Part shown: one piece after another, positions 54,431 to 64,000 of the stretch
How the letters are laid out: each line of letters opens with the position of its first letter
Position numbering within the stretch: the first letter of the stretch is position 1
From: the human T2T-CHM13v2.0 reference genome, Homo sapiens
NCBI RefSeq assembly: GCF_009914755.1
Contig: NC_060937.1
Strand: one strand, 5' to 3'
DNA length: 64,000 bases
Program-made: the position numbers and the translations under genes
Notes under the pieces: model-generated
Seen by the model: only the letters and a program-made list of their open reading frames with translations
Databases searched by the model: none
Told to the model about the DNA's origin: nothing

Positions 54431-55239
54431 CTCCAGATTCTGGCTTCCAGTTATTTTCTCAGCCTCAAAAAAGCACCTCGCTCTCCAAACATATCAAATA
54501 GCTTGTGCTCTCCTGCCTCCGGTTCACACCTCCATTCCTTCCCCTCTACCTGGATGCTCCTTCCTTCATCCACCCCCTTGCTGTAAGCTCCCATGGATTC
54601 ACTGGTTCTTGAGTGTTTTATTGCACTTTGGACATCCCGTCTCTCACTCCTGGCTTCTGTCTGTCTACCTGTCTTGACCGGCCATTTGCACTGCCTCTGG
54701 CTTATCTGCCTCATTCTGGTCGACAGTGTTATTTATTAGCTTCATATCTACTGGTTCTCTCAATTATTTCTCAGCCTCCCCACACCAGGCTCCTTGCCCT
54801 GTATTTATAAGCTGCTATTGGCTTGAGGGTGACTGTGTCTTTCTAATAAAACTATTTTATAGACTGATAGTTACAAGGGTATAGTAGAAAAGAAATGAAT
54901 CTACCTTTGAGTGTATTTCAACATATCTAGTGATCCATGAATATTTCTTCTTATTATTATCATTATTGTTATTTTTAAATAGACGATCAGGGAAGGCAGA
55001 GTCTAGGCCACCAATGTGAACTTAGGCTTTCATCTTTATTAAGATATTTGGGATCTCTGCAAGTATTCTGAATTTTAAATGGCATTCAATGATTTGATAA
55101 AATAGGAAATTTGTTTTACTCTGGACTGGGTAGTGTTTCAGCAACTGGCTACTGTGTCATTATTTCTATAAATTCAAAATGTAGAAGGAACATTTACCTT
55201 TTAACCATTCTCAACCTTTTTTCTTGGTGCACTCATGCC

Positions 55240-56220
55240 TCTGTGATCTCATGAAGCCCAATGGCATTAAATTCCATGTATATGTGCATGGTCCATGAAC
55301 ACATATTTCCACCTCCTACCTCTCCTCTAAAATTTAGACTCATATCTAATTATCTGCCGATTATCACCACTTGGAAGACTAATAGACAACTCAACTATCA
55401 CACATCCATAAGGGAATTCTTGATCCTCCACCTTCAACCCCCGGGCCCAACACTCCTCAGTCTTCTCCGACTCAGTAAATAGCACCTCCAGCGTACCGGC
55501 CGTTAGGCCAGAAAACTTGTCCTGACCCCTCTTTGTTTCTTACACCTCATATCAGCATACACTGTTGAACTGCATTAAGAATCTGAGCTTCCCTTGCCAC
55601 ACCCATTGTGTACAACCTGCTTCACTTTAAGTTATTGTTTTCATGGATTATGAAAATAGCCTCCTAACTCCTCTCCCACTTTTTCTTTCTCCCTGTACTT
55701 TGTTCTTCACTGAGCAACCAGAGTAAGTCTTTATTTATTTATTTTTTTGAGACAGAGTCTCCTCTGTCACCCAGGCTGGAGTGCAGTGGTGCAATCTGGG
55801 TTCACTACAACTTCTAACTCCTGGGTTCAAGTGATTCTCCTGCCTCAGCCTCCCAAGTAGCTGGGACTACAGGCATGCACCACCAAGCCTGGCTAATTTT
55901 TGTGTTTTTAATAGAGATGGGGTTTTGCCATGTTGGCCAGGCAGGTCTCGAACTCCTGACCTCAGGTGATCCAGAGTAAGTCTTTTCAAAGCATAAGGCA
56001 AATAATGTTTTCATCTCCTTAAAACCTTCCATGGCTAGGAATGTTTTAAACCATCTTGTCCCCTGACACTTCTCTGATGTCTACGCCAGTCAGTCTCCCC
56101 TCTATTTTGCAATCTTCAAAGACACCAGGAAGTTGTGCTTCTGCCTCAGGGCCTTTGCATGTGTGGTCCCCTTTTCTTGGAATGCTTTCTCATCAGGAAT
56201 CAGCATGGCTTACTTCCTCT
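55240..56220 (+). mobile_element. L2a fragment
   Basis: aatagcctcctaact...cttaaaaccttccatggc...cctcagggcctttgcat. Confidence 0.7.
55733..55970 (-). mobile_element. AluSx-like, 5'-truncated
   Basis: TSD ccagagtaagtcttt at 55718-55732 and 55971-55985; gaactcctgacctcaggtgatcc. Confidence 0.93.
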
Positions 56221-57531
56221 CTTTTTTATTTTTATTTTATTTTATTATTATTATACTTTAAGTTTTAGGGTACATGTACACAACGTGCAGGTTTGTTACA
56301 TACGTATACATGTGCCATGTTGGTGTGCTGCACCCATTAACTCGTCATTTAGCATTAGGTATATCTCCTAATGCTATCCCAGCCCTCTTCCCCCAACCCA
56401 CAACAGTCCATGGTGTGTGATGTTCCCTTCCTGTGTCCATGTGTTCTCATTGTTCAATTCCCACCTATGAGTGAGAACATGCGGTGTTTGTTTTTTTGTC
56501 TTTGCGCTAGTTTGCTGAGAATGATGGTTTCCAGTTTCATCCATGTCCCTACAAAGGACATGAACCCTTCATTTTTTATGGCTGCATAGTATTCCATGGT
56601 GTATATGTGCCACATTTTCTTAATCCAGTCTATCATTGTTGGACATTCAGGTTGGATCCAAGTCTTTGCTATTGTGAATAGTGTTGCAATAAACATAAGT
56701 GTGCATGTGTCTTTATAGCAGCATGATTTATAATCCTTTGTGTATATACCCAGTAATGGGATGGCTGGGTCAAATGGTATTTCTAGTTCTAGATCCTTGA
56801 GAATTCGCCACAGTGACTTCTACAATGGTTGAACTAGTTTACAGTCCCACCAACAGTGTAAAAGTGTTCCTATTTCTCCACATCCTCTCCAGCACCTGTT
56901 GTTTCCTGACTTTTTAATGATTGCCATTCTAACTGGTGTGAGATGGTATCTCATTGTGGTTTTCATTTGCATTTCTCTGATGGCCAGTGATGATGAGCAT
57001 TTTTTCATGTGTTTTTTGGCTGCATAAATGTCTTCTTTTGAGAAGTGTCTGTTCATATCCTTCACCCACTTTTTGATGGGGTTGTTTGTTTTTTTCTTGT
57101 CGATTTGCTTGAGTTCATTGCAGATTCTGGATATTAGCCCTTTGTCAGATGAGTAGGTTACAAAAACTTTCTCCCATTCTGCAGGTTGCCTGTTCACTCT
57201 GATGGTAGTTTCTTTTGCTGTGCAGAAGCTCTTTAGTTTAATTAGATACCATTTGTCAATTTTGTCTTTTGTTGCCATTGCTTTTGGTGTTTTAGACATG
57301 AAGTTCTTGCTCATGCCTATGTCCTGAATGGTATTGCCTAGGTTTTCTTCTAGGTTTTTTATGGTTTTAGGTCAAATATGTAAGTCTTTAATCCATCTTG
57401 AATTGATTTTTGTATAAGGTGTAAGGAAGGGATCCAATTTCAGGTTTCTACATATGGCTAGCCAGTTTTCCCAGCACCATTTATTAAATAGGGAATCCTT
57501 TCCCCATTTCTTGTTTTTCTCAGGTTTGTCA

Positions 57532-58144
<613 letters not shown>

Positions 58145-58147
58145 TTA

Positions 58148-58783
<636 letters not shown>

Positions 58784-58786
58784 TCA

Positions 58787-58906
<120 letters not shown>

Positions 58907-59023
58907 TTATCACCTCAATTTCAGATCCTGTTATTGTTCTATTCAGAGATTCAACTTCTTCCTGGTTTAGTCTTGGGAGGATGTATGTGTCGAAGAATTT
59001 ATCCATTTCTTCTAGATTTTCTA

Positions 59024-59434
<411 letters not shown>

Positions 59435-59437
59435 CTA

Positions 59438-59539
<102 letters not shown>

Positions 59540-60429
59540 CTATGTAGTTGAGTGGTTTTGAGTGAGTTTCTTATTCCTGAGTTCTGGCTTGATTGCATGG
59601 TGGTCTGAGAGACAGTTTGTTATAATTTCTGTTCTTTTACATTTGCTGAGGAATGCTTACTTCCAACTATGTGGTCAATTTTGTAATTGATGTGGTGTGG
59701 TGCTGAAAAGAATGTATATTCTGTTGATTTGAGGTGGAGAGTTTTGTAGATGTCTATTAGGTCTGCTTGGTGCAGAGCTGACTTCAATTCCTGGGTATCC
59801 TTGTTAACTTTCTGTCTCATTGATCTGTCTAATGTTGACAGTGGGGTATTAAAATCTCCCATTATTATTGTGTGGGAGTCTAAGTCCCTTTGTATGTCAT
59901 TAAGGACTTGCTTTATGAATCTGGGTGCTCCTGTATTGGGTGCATATATATTTAGGATAGTTAGCTCTTCTTGTTGAACTGATCCTTTACCATTATGTAA
60001 TGGCCTTCTTTGTCTCTTTTGATCTTTGTTGGTTTAAAGTCTGTTTTATGAGAGACTAGGATTGCAACCCCTGCCTTTTTTTGTTTTCCATTTGCTTGGT
60101 CGATCTTCCTCCATCCCTTTATTTTGAGCCTGTGTGTGTCTCTGCACATGAGATGGGTTTCCTGAATACAGCACACTGATGAGTCTGGACTCTTTATCCA
60201 ATTTGCCAGTGTGTGCCTTTTAATTGGAGCATTTAGCCCATTTACATTTAAGGTTAATATAGTTATGTGTGAATTTGATCCTGTCATTAAGATGTCAGCT
60301 GGCAATTTTGCTCGTTAGTTGATGCAGTTTCTTTGTAGCCTCGATGTTCTTTACAATTTGGCATGTTTTTGCAGTGGCTGGTACCAGTTGTTCCTGTCCA
60401 TGGTTAGTGCTTCTTTAAGGAGCTCTTTT

Positions 60430-60694
60430 CTTATTAATATTGTTTTTCTTTTTATTTAAACGAGGTTGACCTTACAAATCAAAGCAATATGGGAGTGATT
60501 TTACACTAGCAATATTATTTTTAGTTACTCAGATGAACAAAAAGAACATTCATCCATTGAAGCTGTGATTAAAAAATTCTTTATCTATTTAAACTGAATA
60601 GTATACACTTGCATTATCCTAATACTTAGCAAGCAGAGCAAAAAATAAAACTCACTCTAAACTTAAGTAATATAACTACAGATTATTTCTCATC
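60430..60694 (-). other. Putative L1 3'-transduced unique sequence
   Basis: Non-L1 AT-rich segment between the nested L1 tail and the TSD; minus-strand AATAAA at 60451-60456 followed by an A-rich end. Confidence 0.7.
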
Positions 60695-63668
<2,974 letters not shown>

Positions 63669-64000
63669 TAAGGAGTCTTTTAGGGCAGGCCTGTTGGAGA
63701 CAAAATCTCTCAGCATTTGTCTGTCTGTAAAGTGTTTTATTTCTACTTCATTTATGAAGCTTAGTTTGGCTGGATATGAAATTCTGGGTTGAAAATTATT
63801 TTCTTTAAGAATGTTGAATATTGGCCCCCAGCTGTAGTCTGATGGGCTTCCCTTTGTGGGTCACCCAACTTTTCTCTCAGGCTGCCCTTAACATTTTTTC
63901 ATTCATTTCAACTTTGGTGAATCTGACAGTTATGTGCCTTGGATTTGCTATTCTCGAGGAGTACCTTTGTTGCCTTCTATGTATTTTCTGAATTTGAATG

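Overview
Primate (human-like) repeat-dense intergenic DNA; I find no intact protein-coding gene. Most of the window is fossil interspersed repeats: L1M/L1PA, L2, MIR, Alu/FLAM, MaLR/ERVL LTRs, and hAT, Tigger and MULE DNA transposons. Repeat family calls come from recognising consensus motifs by eye, so subfamilies and old-element boundaries are approximate. Most notable structures: (1) a younger L1PA with a 3' transduction is inserted, with a TSD, into an older L1PA, and the two share many non-consensus substitutions including RT FADD->FADN; (2) a 7SL retropseudogene carries an internal 9x ~31-bp tandem amplification; (3) a Ricksha MULE element has a decayed transposase, an ERVL passenger and nested Alu, FLAM and THE1 insertions; (4) a TSD-flanked 1.47-kb non-coding retrocopy resembles the NFIB 3'UTR; (5) a GC-rich promoter-like island with RFX, NF-Y, CRE and MYB motifs lies between copies of an old local duplication; (6) a 43-bp GATA-rich VNTR sits beside a perfect NF-E2/MARE site. 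I cannot support a wholly new biological system; the findings are structural oddities and testable hypotheses.
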